Shown: positions 9,948 to 20,373 of the stretch, piece after piece
Layout of the letters: each line of letters opens with the position of its first letter
Numbering within the stretch: position 1 is the first letter of the stretch
The notes under the pieces: generated by a model
What the model saw: the letters and a program-made list of their open reading frames with translations, nothing else
Told to the model about the DNA's origin: nothing
Databases searched by the model: none
Assembly (NCBI GenBank): GCA_963796105.1
Contig: CAWCKJ010000015.1
Span: forward strand, 1 to 64,000
DNA length: 64,000 nt
Reading direction: 5' to 3'
Source: a candidate division FCPU426 bacterium
Lineage (GTDB): Bacteria > Oederibacteriota > Muellerivitia > Muellerivitales > Muellerivitaceae
Position numbers and translations under genes: made by a program

Positions 9948-11762
9948 CTAAGAAGACGTTCCCCACAAACCGGTTTCCCAAGCTTCAACGCTTGTAATTG
10001 TATTCATATCCATCAGCACAGTTCGATAGTCAGCGGAATTGGTGACTCCCCTTTTACTGGCATAACTTGAAAGAGAATGTCTCTTTATCGAATTCCAAAT
10101 CTCCTCTATGGCACTAATTACTTCAGCCAGTTGAGGCAACGGTCTGAAAGAGGAACTTGCAGTGATGCAATAGGCCTGTGAATCTTTTACAGAAAATGTT
10201 TGCGAGGAACATGAAAAACCCATTTTAATTAGGAAGTCCTTTAATAGGTATTCAGGGTATGGGACGGAGTATTTCTCGGCGTGTAGAAGTGGATGTATCT
10301 CCGCCATAATCATTATTCCATCATTAGCAAGGCACCCCTTCACGTTGACAAGCAATTCTGCAAACTCGTGTGGGTTAATCTCATGGACAACATTCGCAAC
10401 TATCACTACATCACACGAATTTCTTTGAACATTTTCCAATTTTTCAAGGACAACACATTCAAAGGGGCATCCAGATATTATTTGCCGAAGTTTAGTTCTG
10501 TATTCGTCGAACGGTTCCCAACAATACCAGCTTATCTTTTTTTGGGTCGTAATCTTGTTGCTTTTCGAAAACTCTTTTACGACGCGCCCCAATCCGGACC
10601 CAAAATCAAGAATGGTTATTTCTTTCTTACGCGTAATACTTTCTATTGATGAAATAATCCGAGACGTCTGCCTATCAGGAAGCGTTTTGTTTTTAGCTTC
10701 AATAACATCCTGGAAAAACATCTCGATTATTTCTCGGTAAAGAGCAAAATCCGCTTCATGCTCGATCTGTGTAGCTTGTTTTAATAATTGTCTGTCTTGA
10801 ACTGTGAATAACTTGTAGGTCGCGGTCAACTTGTCAAAATCATTGGATAAGGTAGTGATTCTTCGCTTTGGGGCGGCCTGCTGTTGCACTTTTATATATT
10901 TTTCATCAATAACACGCGGAACATTATTTCCTGTAATAGTTTCAATATAAAACGCTTGATCGACATATTCGCTGAATATGATGTGAGGGTGGTGAGTAGC
11001 AACGAACGTCTGGGGAACGCTGCTTTTAATCAGATCAAGGATTTCGCTCATATAAATTGGGTGAAGATGATTTTCCAGTTCATCGACCAACAGAACATCG
11101 GGTTTCCAATATTTTAGGCAAAGCAAAAAATAGAGAACTGCTTTCTGTCCATCGCTCCATTCAAAAAACGGCACCACCAATCCGGTTGGGTTCGCAAGGA
11201 CTAGCTCGATATGTGCTTTTGCTTTTCTATAGAGAAGTTTTGCTTTCAAATATTTTTCTAACAAGGCGACAACTTCGTGGTTGGAATCACACTCTTTTAC
11301 AATAAATTCGTCTTCTGTAATCTGATCTAATAAAGCCAAGAGATCATCCCGGGGAATATCCTTGGCACTACCAAAAGGCTTTCTATTCAACACTTCGGAG
11401 AAAAACTGAAGAGAAAAGTTCCGAAAATCCGAGGGTTTATTTGGGTCAATATTTTTATACTTACCCGAAATCACACCCATACCTTCTTTGCTATTCCAAT
11501 AAGGTCCCGGAAGATAATAGCGAACGTTTTTAATGTCATTGTTTAAGACTATTTCAAAGCCCTGATAATTTTTAGATGCCTGATTGTTTCCAAGGAGAGC
11601 TGCTATCGCTTCTAGAAAGTACGATTTTCCGGAGTTATTGGGGCCGCAAAATACATTTATGGCTCCCAATACGGATGATGGCACGGCTGGATAAAGCAAT
11701 CTATCAGATGGTTCCTTTAACCCTGGAATTCTTATCTTGATTATGTGTGCCATATTATTCAT
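9948..11762 (-). CDS. ABC-type (AAA_15/AAA_21-like) ATPase fused to a C-terminal class I SAM methyltransferase
   Basis: GPNNSGKS, WSDGQK, LLVDELENHLHP, ATHHP; then ILDFGSGLG, CDVVIVANVVHE, LANDGIMIMAE. Confidence 0.82.
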   Translation of the reverse strand: MNNMAHIIKIRIPGLKEPSDRLLYPAVPSSVLGAINVFCGPNNSGKSYFLEAIAALLGNNQASKNYQGFEIVLNNDIKNVRYYLPGPYWNSKEGMGVISGKYKNIDPNKPSDFRNFSLQFFSEVLNRKPFGSAKDIPRDDLLALLDQITEDEFIVKECDSNHEVVALLEKYLKAKLLYRKAKAHIELVLANPTGLVVPFFEWSDGQKAVLYFLLCLKYWKPDVLLVDELENHLHPIYMSEILDLIKSSVPQTFVATHHPHIIFSEYVDQAFYIETITGNNVPRVIDEKYIKVQQQAAPKRRITTLSNDFDKLTATYKLFTVQDRQLLKQATQIEHEADFALYREIIEMFFQDVIEAKNKTLPDRQTSRIISSIESITRKKEITILDFGSGLGRVVKEFSKSNKITTQKKISWYCWEPFDEYRTKLRQIISGCPFECVVLEKLENVQRNSCDVVIVANVVHEINPHEFAELLVNVKGCLANDGIMIMAEIHPLLHAEKYSVPYPEYLLKDFLIKMGFSCSSQTFSVKDSQAYCITASSSFRPLPQLAEVISAIEEIWNSIKRHSLSSYASKRGVTNSADYRTVLMDMNTITSVEAWETGLWGTSS

Positions 11763-11783
11763 AAATCATTTAAGAACCTCTTT

Positions 11784-12554
11784 CTATTTTTTCTGAGGAC
11801 GCCTGTAAGTAAGAATTTCTAAATCATCAAAGATTTTGAACCAAGGAACGTCTTTATAATTGACGTGTTTTACAATCATTGTGCCGTCCCCACGAAGTCT
11901 AACGTCCATCGCTCCTTGCGGAAGTTCATGGGAAGGCACATATATTTGAAAAACGTATCCCCCTCCCATAAATACGACAACACCAAAATCAACCCAATTT
12001 TGCAAAACAGGCATCCTAACTCCTGCTTGAAAATAATTTTTCACAAGTTTAGAAATCGCAATAGGAAACGTGTTGTCTTCAATAATTTGTTCGGACTCGT
12101 ATATTCGCCTAATTTCAGCAAGATATTCCCCGACAAGGCACTGGTCCTCGTCACCCAATGATCCATAGCACTGTCGCATCAAAACGCCAAAAATGAACTT
12201 CTGTAATTCCCGGAAACTTATTTCCGACCATCTTTCGACTATTTCGCCTTCTAATATTTCAGGCGTCAAATTTTCCTTAACCAACGACTTCTTCTGAGGG
12301 GAGGATAGGTTATTATCCGTTAGAAGGTTACTCGCGGTGGTATCGTCTTTTCCGAACATTTCTTCGCAGGTTTGGCAGAGAAATGTCCGCCAGATGCCAT
12401 CTTGAACCGGAACCATTATTCTGGTTCTAGGGTCAGGCCGAAAAGCCCTCCCTTTCTCGTCATCAAAAATGCCGTCATACATCCACTTAGGGACTATATG
12501 GCTCTGTTTTATGAGTTGAGAAACTTCTCGTAAACAAAATTTGCAGGTTGGCAT
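11784..12554 (-). CDS. HNH-like zinc-binding putative endonuclease
   Basis: CKFC...SHIVP...FLCQTCE..F..DD. Confidence 0.65.
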   Translation of the reverse strand: MPTCKFCLREVSQLIKQSHIVPKWMYDGIFDDEKGRAFRPDPRTRIMVPVQDGIWRTFLCQTCEEMFGKDDTTASNLLTDNNLSSPQKKSLVKENLTPEILEGEIVERWSEISFRELQKFIFGVLMRQCYGSLGDEDQCLVGEYLAEIRRIYESEQIIEDNTFPIAISKLVKNYFQAGVRMPVLQNWVDFGVVVFMGGGYVFQIYVPSHELPQGAMDVRLRGDGTMIVKHVNYKDVPWFKIFDDLEILTYRRPQKK

Positions 12555-12656
12555 ACGTCAAGATTACATTACAGGTTCAACTTCGTCAAAGAGGTTCATC
12601 CAAGAAGGTTTGGGAAAAACAGGAAGGTCAGTTATTTTATTCTTCAGGAACCAAGC

Positions 12657-13478
12657 CTACTTTCCTTTCAAAAAAACAACGGCAAAACCAACACCGACAA
12701 TTGCCGCCAGAAGAATGAAAGCAATCGTTAGTTTCTTTAGCCATGAAACCACATCTTTTCTTTTTCCCTTCTCCGTGTTTATGGCGTTTTTGTTTTCAAC
12801 GGAAATTTCATTGAGCTTTTCCAGTCCCACGCCGTGGGATTTCAATAACTCCTTTTGGCCTTCTGCTGCTTGACTCTGTTTTTCCACTTCGCCAGCAAGA
12901 TTCTCCATACCTTTATTAAAATTTAGGTTTAATTCTTCAAGCCGCGCAGAATATTTTTCCTCTATTTCACGTAACTTCTCCGCCTTATCCAGTAAGTCAC
13001 GAATAGCCTTTTCCTGGTCTTCTGTTAATTTGTTGAGTTTCAGGATGGTTTCTTGTTGTTGAATTGACTTCTTGGTTAGTTCTTTTAATTCAGCGTGTTG
13101 TTTTTGCAATTCTCGGTTCTGGGCAAGTATTTCCTCGCCTTGACGCATCAACTCTTGTTGTTGTTTATTCAATTCCTTGGCAAGGAATAGATTAAGAGTC
13201 ATCAAAGCCATTTGAAACTTCGCCAATTCCCCTTGCACCCTGATTGCCTCAGCCAATGTCTTAGTGGTCTTTCCCGTGACCCCATAAAAGAATTTAATTA
13301 AAAAACCTGCATTCGATATTTCTGCCACGTTTTTTCCAACAGCGTCAATATCCGCAAAAGCCTCCTTCACCTTTTGCAAAATATGTTCAATATTTAGATC
13401 CGCCATCATCTTCGCAGGAATGTCAATCCGGCTCAATTGTTGAAGACTTAATTGGGTTTCCGTTTTATCGGTCGTCAT
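12657..13478 (-). CDS. coiled-coil protein with C-terminal membrane anchor
   Basis: Long Q/E/K heptad region and terminal hydrophobic helix; 4-bp overlap with upstream gene. Confidence 0.75.
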   Translation of the reverse strand: MTTDKTETQLSLQQLSRIDIPAKMMADLNIEHILQKVKEAFADIDAVGKNVAEISNAGFLIKFFYGVTGKTTKTLAEAIRVQGELAKFQMALMTLNLFLAKELNKQQQELMRQGEEILAQNRELQKQHAELKELTKKSIQQQETILKLNKLTEDQEKAIRDLLDKAEKLREIEEKYSARLEELNLNFNKGMENLAGEVEKQSQAAEGQKELLKSHGVGLEKLNEISVENKNAINTEKGKRKDVVSWLKKLTIAFILLAAIVGVGFAVVFLKGK

Positions 13479-14962
13479 TCCAAGCTCATCCTTCGGTTAA
13501 TTTCGCTAAAAAGAGATTGTCGCTTTGTCACCTCTTCAATAACATCTTTATTTTCATCAACGATTGCATGCTGTTCATCAATCATGTTTGCCGTTTCTAC
13601 AGCCATTTCTCTATGGTCGACTTTAATTGCTACTCGCTTTTGAATGATTTGCCGGTAACCTTCGAACACCTCAACATAATTCGCAGAACTTTCAAACATC
13701 ATTTTGAGGCACTCTTTATTTGCCTCATAGTGCTTATCTATTTCGCGCAACAAGGTGATGGCAGTGGAATTTTCAACAGAATCAACACCACGGGCAATTA
13801 CATGTGACGCAATCATTGCGCCGATGATGCCCCCAATAATGGGTATAGGTATGATTGTCTGGCCTAAAACTTTTCCTGCAAGTGTTGATGAAGTCTTGAG
13901 ACCCGCCTTGAAAATATGTTCAGTGGCTTCTTCACCGGTACATTGTTTGTTGGCACAGAGTAAGAATTTTTTAGCTGCTTCAACCGCTGTTATCGCAATA
14001 CCCGAATAGATAGAGGGATGGCAACCTTCTAATGGCCCTTCCAACCAACCAGACTTATTCGCCAAAGACAAGGTTCCGGCCAATGCAGACTTCACAAACG
14101 TATCAAAAGATGTAGGTATTCCCTTTTCCGCGCTCCACTTTTTCAATTCTTTAAAATACTCTTCACCACCAAAACCTGGTTCTTTAAGTAGCCGATCTAG
14201 ACTCCCGATGACAACCGGAGCGGCAAGTATTGAAGCATTTACCAATGCGGCAGTTCCAGCCGCTTTACCAATCTCCACTAAGCAATGGTCTTCTGTTACT
14301 GAATCTTCATATTGCAAATCCTTTATACGACCATTCTTTGCATCTAAAGCCCATTTATTTGCTTCGTCTTTCTCCAAAGGTTTTGATTCCGCACCTTCTG
14401 GTGAAACAATGCGGTCTGTGAGGTGATTCAGTGTTTCCCTATACCGCTCTGCCAACGCCGGGTTAGTAGCGGACACTTGATTTGCCCGTTGTTCCGCAAT
14501 AATTTTCGCTTCATCAATTTGGTCAGCAGGGACAAGGCGTTCCATGTCTTTGTACTTAGGTAAACCTGTTGAATCGCCGTGTTCGGCCTTGGATTGTTGA
14601 TATAAACTTGCTTTAGCATCACGATAGAATTTGAGGCTAAACTTCCTTCCCCATGAAGTGTCAATATCAGGTGACGCATTTGCAGTACTGTCTACCCGCA
14701 CAGCACTTTCAGCAGTTTGATTAATGGCGGCATCAACATTAAATGTTGCTGTTTGATGGGCTTCGGCATAAAAACCACCCAGGGCTGCGATACCTAAATT
14801 TCCGTATTTATCTGCCACATCTTTGATGATGAGGTTGTTTTCTGTAAGAACTCCCTGGATAACCTCTACCCAATTAGAAGTCTCGTGTGCGCTTTCATCT
14901 GTGAAATAGTGCGAAAAGAAATGCAAAGGGTCTTTGTTTTTTGAATCGTCCTGGGGCATCAA
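13475..14962 (-). CDS. hypothetical protein: PD-(D/E)xK-like N-terminus, glycine-zipper hairpin, coiled coil
   Basis: GFYAEAHQ...SPDI...SLKFY; GQTIIPIPIIGGIIGAMIAS. Confidence 0.6.
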   Translation of the reverse strand: MMPQDDSKNKDPLHFFSHYFTDESAHETSNWVEVIQGVLTENNLIIKDVADKYGNLGIAALGGFYAEAHQTATFNVDAAINQTAESAVRVDSTANASPDIDTSWGRKFSLKFYRDAKASLYQQSKAEHGDSTGLPKYKDMERLVPADQIDEAKIIAEQRANQVSATNPALAERYRETLNHLTDRIVSPEGAESKPLEKDEANKWALDAKNGRIKDLQYEDSVTEDHCLVEIGKAAGTAALVNASILAAPVVIGSLDRLLKEPGFGGEEYFKELKKWSAEKGIPTSFDTFVKSALAGTLSLANKSGWLEGPLEGCHPSIYSGIAITAVEAAKKFLLCANKQCTGEEATEHIFKAGLKTSSTLAGKVLGQTIIPIPIIGGIIGAMIASHVIARGVDSVENSTAITLLREIDKHYEANKECLKMMFESSANYVEVFEGYRQIIQKRVAIKVDHREMAVETANMIDEQHAIVDENKDVIEEVTKRQSLFSEINRRMSLE

Positions 14963-14976
14963 ATATTTCCTTTCAA

Positions 14977-15339
14977 TTATTTAAACTTACGTTCTGCCTG
15001 TACCCCGAAGTCACATTTTCTACAAAGAACCCTCGTGTTTTTCAATGTGTAACCTTTCATAGCCTCAAACCGGTCAAGGACCACATCCCGTTTTGGTAAT
15101 GATTTATGGCAAATGGCGCACTTGTTGTTCTGTTCAGCCCGTTTCATGGCTTTGATGCGTCTGCGGTGCATTGGTGTTCCGCGTTCATCATAACTAAGAC
15201 TTTTTACGAGTTTTCGGCGCAATGCCCATAACAACTTAGCGTTACCCAGACTTGATTTTTGCAACCGTAAGGTCACAGTTTTATACAGCGGCAGAAACAA
15301 ATTATTAATTTCGTTCTTGGTCAGTTGGCGATTCTTCAT
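14977..15339 (-). CDS. small HNH-like endonuclease
   Basis: CAIC...LDR....GY...N..VLCRKC. Confidence 0.65.
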   Translation of the reverse strand: MKNRQLTKNEINNLFLPLYKTVTLRLQKSSLGNAKLLWALRRKLVKSLSYDERGTPMHRRRIKAMKRAEQNNKCAICHKSLPKRDVVLDRFEAMKGYTLKNTRVLCRKCDFGVQAERKFK

Positions 15340-15360
15340 ACTATTACGACTCCTAGTTAT

Positions 15361-16950
15361 TTACCTAAGTTCGAATTTCCTTATTATGTTTGTGGTCGCT
15401 CGGTGGGGGGCTACCAAGATATAAAATGGCAAAATAGTGTTGGCGCAATCAAACTTAAAGATGGGCACTTTGCTCTTATCCAATGATGTTTCGAGTAGTG
15501 TTTTCCATCTTTGAGTTTTCTCGGGCGGTTTTGCATCATTAGTGCCGCTTTCAGACCTCCACAAAAACATATCAGGTACTTCCCTTGGTATAAATTCCAA
15601 AAGATAAACATGGCTTACTTGGCGCCAACGTTGTTCAAGCAACATTCGTCCACTACGCCTCGCGATAATCTCAATGATCGTCTTCAATATGTATGAGCCC
15701 GGACTTTTCGGTTCTACTTCCCGTTCTTCTTCAGGCCGAATCATCCCATAGTTTTTACGGATTACCTCCTCAGCACTAACATAGGGTGAGGGAAACCAGA
15801 GATTTTCATTTTCGGAAATGCTCGACAAAACGGCAAATATATCCATCCACATACCACCAGCTTTTTCAGTTTTACCAGAGGTTTCAAGGAAACGAATAAT
15901 CCAATAGAAATACGGAAATGCGCTTTCGCCCCACAACCACAAGGTTTGAAGATTTCGAAATATATATTCGAAAGTTTTTTCGCGGGTGATGTCCTTCATG
16001 CCGTGTTCGTGCAAATACTCGTGATAAGCACAAATCACGCCAAGAACAATGGTCGCACGGGCACGATATATCAACGCTCCATCCCCAAACATATTTTCGA
16101 CAACGAAAGCCTGATTAATAGGTCTCGCAAACATCTCTTCTTCTAGTTGTTGTATTTCATTCACCGCTTCATCCAAAAGCATCTCTCCAATACTTTCCAT
16201 TAATTCTTTATCCATGCCTTTTTGAGTAGCAAAACGGCAGATATAGCCAAGCAGTGAAATCCACGCCTCGAAGATAGCTAAATGGTTCTTTTTTTCTTGG
16301 TAATTTTTCAGAGAATAGGCCGTCATAATTACAGCACTGGTTACTGCGTGTTTTGCTTCAGTCCCATGCTTCGCGGTTTCAAGCAGACAAGAACCTAAAA
16401 TAAATTCCTGGAATAATTTTTTATCAAAGAAGTCTTGCCCAGTTGCTAAATAGAAACTCAAAAACTTACTCACATCTATGGGCTGTGTTGGAATGAAATC
16501 ACCTTGCCCCTTTAAAAAGCGACCAATCAGTTCATCAACCTCAACTGTTTCTATTTTTGCAACCTGTCGGTTCTTTGCTATATTGTCTTGATTAATCTGG
16601 ACGATTTGCTGACGTACTAAATCACCGATTCGGCCATTTGTAACAAGTACCGCTCTAAATGGTGTCCCGGCTGGTATAGACGAATGTACGGGCGAAAGCT
16701 CGGAAAGTTCTCGAATTTCTCCAACAATATTTTTCCATTCAGATAAATTCACATTTCCTGTTTTGAGTTGGAAAGCCCAAACAACACCTGAAGAATCAAT
16801 CGAAATAATGTCTTTACCCTGTTCTAACTGGGTGTGTTTCGATACATATTTAATCGTGTGTCCCTCGGCGATTAGTACCTGAACAAACGGCAGTTGATAT
16901 CGCCGTTCATTGGTATTAATCAACCAATTTTCTATCGCCTTCTGAAGCAT
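15361..16950 (-). CDS. Mrr-like restriction endonuclease domain with large helical C-terminus
   Basis: EQGKDII...AFQLK (D..QxK) motif at the N-terminus. Confidence 0.7.
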   Translation of the reverse strand: MLQKAIENWLINTNERRYQLPFVQVLIAEGHTIKYVSKHTQLEQGKDIISIDSSGVVWAFQLKTGNVNLSEWKNIVGEIRELSELSPVHSSIPAGTPFRAVLVTNGRIGDLVRQQIVQINQDNIAKNRQVAKIETVEVDELIGRFLKGQGDFIPTQPIDVSKFLSFYLATGQDFFDKKLFQEFILGSCLLETAKHGTEAKHAVTSAVIMTAYSLKNYQEKKNHLAIFEAWISLLGYICRFATQKGMDKELMESIGEMLLDEAVNEIQQLEEEMFARPINQAFVVENMFGDGALIYRARATIVLGVICAYHEYLHEHGMKDITREKTFEYIFRNLQTLWLWGESAFPYFYWIIRFLETSGKTEKAGGMWMDIFAVLSSISENENLWFPSPYVSAEEVIRKNYGMIRPEEEREVEPKSPGSYILKTIIEIIARRSGRMLLEQRWRQVSHVYLLEFIPREVPDMFLWRSESGTNDAKPPEKTQRWKTLLETSLDKSKVPIFKFDCANTILPFYILVAPHRATTNIIRKFELR

Positions 16951-17503
16951 CCCACTCCTCTTTCTTTTTCTTCATAATTTCGTCATAACGAGCCCTTAAT
17001 TTAGGATCATTTTCTAACTGCTCATTGGTTTTTTTTACATATTCCTCCTCGACACCTACCACAGTTTGCTGATGCGGAGTTCCATCATCATTAAAGCTAA
17101 TTGATTTTTTTTCTAACGCCGCAAGATAAAGTTCTGCCGAAAAGGGTTTTCCGTCTGTGTTTACTGTATTACCTACCCGTTCTACTCCCTCGCTTATGTG
17201 CTTAAACATATCTTGAATCATCTGTCGTTTCATATCTTCAGCCATAGCAAGACCATGTTTCACAAAAGCATTTGGCCCCTGAGCAATAATTTCTTCTGGT
17301 AAAATTTCCATCGGGCTTTCCAAATCAGTGTAAGACGACTCGGATTCGTATCCATCTTCGCTTTTATTACTCGTGCGGTCTCCTTCGTAATGCTTAATGC
17401 GACCAACCATCTGTAAAAGCTGATCTTGTTCGCTCGCCTTCTGAAAAAACGCTTGAAGATACTTCTGAATTTCTTGTTTCAACTTTTGGAAATCAGGCAG
17501 CAC
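16916..17503 (-). CDS. hypothetical protein
   Basis: 195-aa ORF with RBS GGAGGG; overlaps the downstream nuclease gene. Confidence 0.7.
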   Translation of the reverse strand: MLPDFQKLKQEIQKYLQAFFQKASEQDQLLQMVGRIKHYEGDRTSNKSEDGYESESSYTDLESPMEILPEEIIAQGPNAFVKHGLAMAEDMKRQMIQDMFKHISEGVERVGNTVNTDGKPFSAELYLAALEKKSISFNDDGTPHQQTVVGVEEEYVKKTNEQLENDPKLRARYDEIMKKKKEEWDASEGDRKLVD

Positions 17504-17555
17504 TTTTATGCCCTCCCGTCTCTAAAAAATATTCTTGTTCTATTAAGAAGATTTC

Positions 17556-19012
17556 TCAGCCCACTTCTTCCGAGAAAAAATAACTCGCTGAACGCTTAAA
17601 GTAATTTTCAAAAACAAATTTAAGATTCGGAACTTCTTCGAAGTTCCTCTTCATTTCAAAACGCTTTATAATAAAATTCCTAAATGAATCAGGAATTCCA
17701 TACACTTTATCAGCCAGTACCGAATCTATTCCGCTAGCCTTTAAATATTGCTGAAAACAGTCGTGAAAGTTACGTTGGGCCTTAGGAAGATTAAGGAATA
17801 TCTCAAAATGTTCTAGCCCAAGAATGTGCCAGTTCCAATTACCAGCCTCATATTTTTCCTGAAACCATTTCCACACGGTCGAACCAACTTTATTTTCCAC
17901 AGCGAAAATGAGCTTTTTACGCATTGCTAAAATAGTAAATATCGCCGGATCAATCGGTGTTACGCCTACAAGACAACATTTCTTAGCTGATAGGACACGC
18001 TCACTTATCGCCTTATAATCGCCCCGAAGATTCTTTTGTTTTACAGCATTGTTCAATTCATAAAGGTAAATGATGCTCTTATATATAAATTCGCAATATT
18101 TTCCTAATTCCACTTCAAGTGTATCTTTCGACGTACCGTAAAATACCGTTTCCAATAAATCCTTTGTCTTAACTTGAAAAAGCAAAACCACATCATCATT
18201 CCCATCCTTCTCGAATACTATGTGGTCGGAACTTTTTTTATTACTTTTTTTAATATATTCATATTCCACATGATGCCCATTTAATGGGTCCCAATAAGAA
18301 CAAAGCTCGTCAAAGAAACGTTCCAAACGTTTCCCGACAAATTGACTGAATTTGGAGGATTTCTCTCCTTCGACTTTACGTGCAAAATCAAATGCTTTCT
18401 GTAAAAATTTATGAGTCATTTGGATCTTTAAAAAGGGATGCCCCGATATTAAATATCGACTATCGGCAATTTTCATTAAGGGTTTACGAGCAAATAACGC
18501 TTCGGCTATTCTTTGGCCCGAATACAACTGAGTAAATTTGAGATCAGGTAACCCCAAATCCTCATCAATTTCAAAACTTAAATCATCAACAACGACACCA
18601 TAATCCTTTGAAACTTTCTCTTTATTCTTAACCTCATTCAAATAGATTTCCATGTTAAGCATGACATCATTGTTTTTCGACACGGCCGCAAATGACCATA
18701 AACTAAACAGAATCAAAAAATATTCTTCGGCAGATATCCCTACTCTAATATTGAATAAATCATTTATCCTTTTTGGTTCTGGAGGCAAGCCGTTAAAACC
18801 ATCAAGACCGGCTAAGATAAGGGCATTGGTTATTTGTAGTTTTGTGTCCCTGTAAACTGACCCGCAACAAAGGGGATATTGGAATTTTTTTATTGAAGGT
18901 AGTTGTATATCCTACAGTTTGGCTTTATATCAAAAATGATTGATTCAACCCAGGCAATGGCCTTTTTATAGTCTTCGAGTATTTGTTCAACAGGTTTTTC
19001 TACAGAGTTCAT
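17556..19012 (-). pseudogene. hypothetical protein with PD-(D/E)xK-like motif, probable 5' frameshift
   Basis: 410-aa ORF with SSDHIVFE...LFQVK; the frame is open to about 18911; a likely true start (MNSVEKP, about 19012) is in another frame near an A7 run. Confidence 0.5.
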
Positions 19013-19181
19013 TTTTTCTCCACATGAATATTTTTTTAATATTTTTAGTGTGAGGGGTATACTGCTGTATACCTTCTTATACTTCCAAGTCACAAATAAG
19101 GTCAAGAAGTAAAAAAGTAAGCCATTCTTGTTTCTATTAGACCGTGATAAATACCGCCGATTTAAGGGAAAGGCTACTTTT

Positions 19182-20252
19182 ATGATAAAAATAAAAAAAG
19201 GTTTTTTTACAGAAGCGACGACTGTGCCGTTTTTAAAACGATTAGTTATTAAATTCAAAAAATCAGGACTTATAAAAGACGAAGATTTTGGGCCAAATGG
19301 TTCGGAAAAGTTTGAGCAGATTTCAACTGCTTACTCATCTGAACTTGCAAAAAAAATTTACAGTAACTCAAAACTAAATTTCGAAAATCATTCTCAAGAG
19401 ATTAAAGATAAAAGAAAATTTTTCGAGGAGAGCATACAAAATATTTGGGGAGAACCTCTTATGCTTTTAGATATTTTTCTATTTTCCTTAGTAGAAATTA
19501 TTGAAATTTTTAACCTTGACCATAAAGAAAAAGCAAAGGATCAAAAAGATCATAAATTCGAGGCCCTCATAAGAATAAACTACAAGGCCTGTAGAACAGG
19601 TTACGAAATTTTAGCTCTTCTCGAAAAGGGATTTGCGGATGGTGCTTTAGCCATGTGGCGAACTCTAAACGAGTTAGAGGTAACAGCTTTATTTATTCAG
19701 AATAATGACGATGTTTTAGCAGAAAAATACTTGGCACACGAAACTATCGAATCGTATCAAGCAATGGTAATTTATCAAAATTCTTTTCTGGTCAAAAAAG
19801 ATAAGCCTTTTACAAACGAACAAATGAATGCGGCCGAAAATAAATACAACGAACTTATTAATAAGTATGGAAAAGACTATAAAGAGAACTATGGATGGGC
19901 ATCGAATATCATTCAGGGTAATTCACGGCCTAATTTCACCCACATTGAAGAATTCGTAAATCTTAAACATGGTCGCCCGCATGTCAAAATGGCGAACCAT
20001 TTGGTTCATGCAACCGCTAAAGGTCTCTTCTTTACGTTAGGTGTACCTGATTCAAAAACAATGTTACTTTCGGGTCCAAGTCAAATTGGATTAACTAAAC
20101 CAGGTTGTGACACAGCTATATCATTAATGAGAACCTGCCTTGCACTATTATTTTCTAAACCAAAACGTCAAAACTTGGTTGTTATCCAAACAATGCAAAT
20201 ATTTGCGGATGAAATCGGGAAAGCTTTTAATAAAGTAGAAAAAGATAATTGA
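19182..20252 (+). CDS. DUF5677-family protein
   Basis: GFADGALAMWRTLNE and ANHLVHA motifs. Confidence 0.7.
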   Translation: MIKIKKGFFTEATTVPFLKRLVIKFKKSGLIKDEDFGPNGSEKFEQISTAYSSELAKKIYSNSKLNFENHSQEIKDKRKFFEESIQNIWGEPLMLLDIFLFSLVEIIEIFNLDHKEKAKDQKDHKFEALIRINYKACRTGYEILALLEKGFADGALAMWRTLNELEVTALFIQNNDDVLAEKYLAHETIESYQAMVIYQNSFLVKKDKPFTNEQMNAAENKYNELINKYGKDYKENYGWASNIIQGNSRPNFTHIEEFVNLKHGRPHVKMANHLVHATAKGLFFTLGVPDSKTMLLSGPSQIGLTKPGCDTAISLMRTCLALLFSKPKRQNLVVIQTMQIFADEIGKAFNKVEKDN

Positions 20253-20373
20253 GCTTTTTAATAACTTCATGGGATCTTTCTTAAATTCCCTTTCTTGAGG
20301 ATCGCCTAGTGTATCTTCGTTCATTAAAAAGTACCCTGTTTTTAAGTGCGTTTTTGAACCCGGTTGATCAAAC

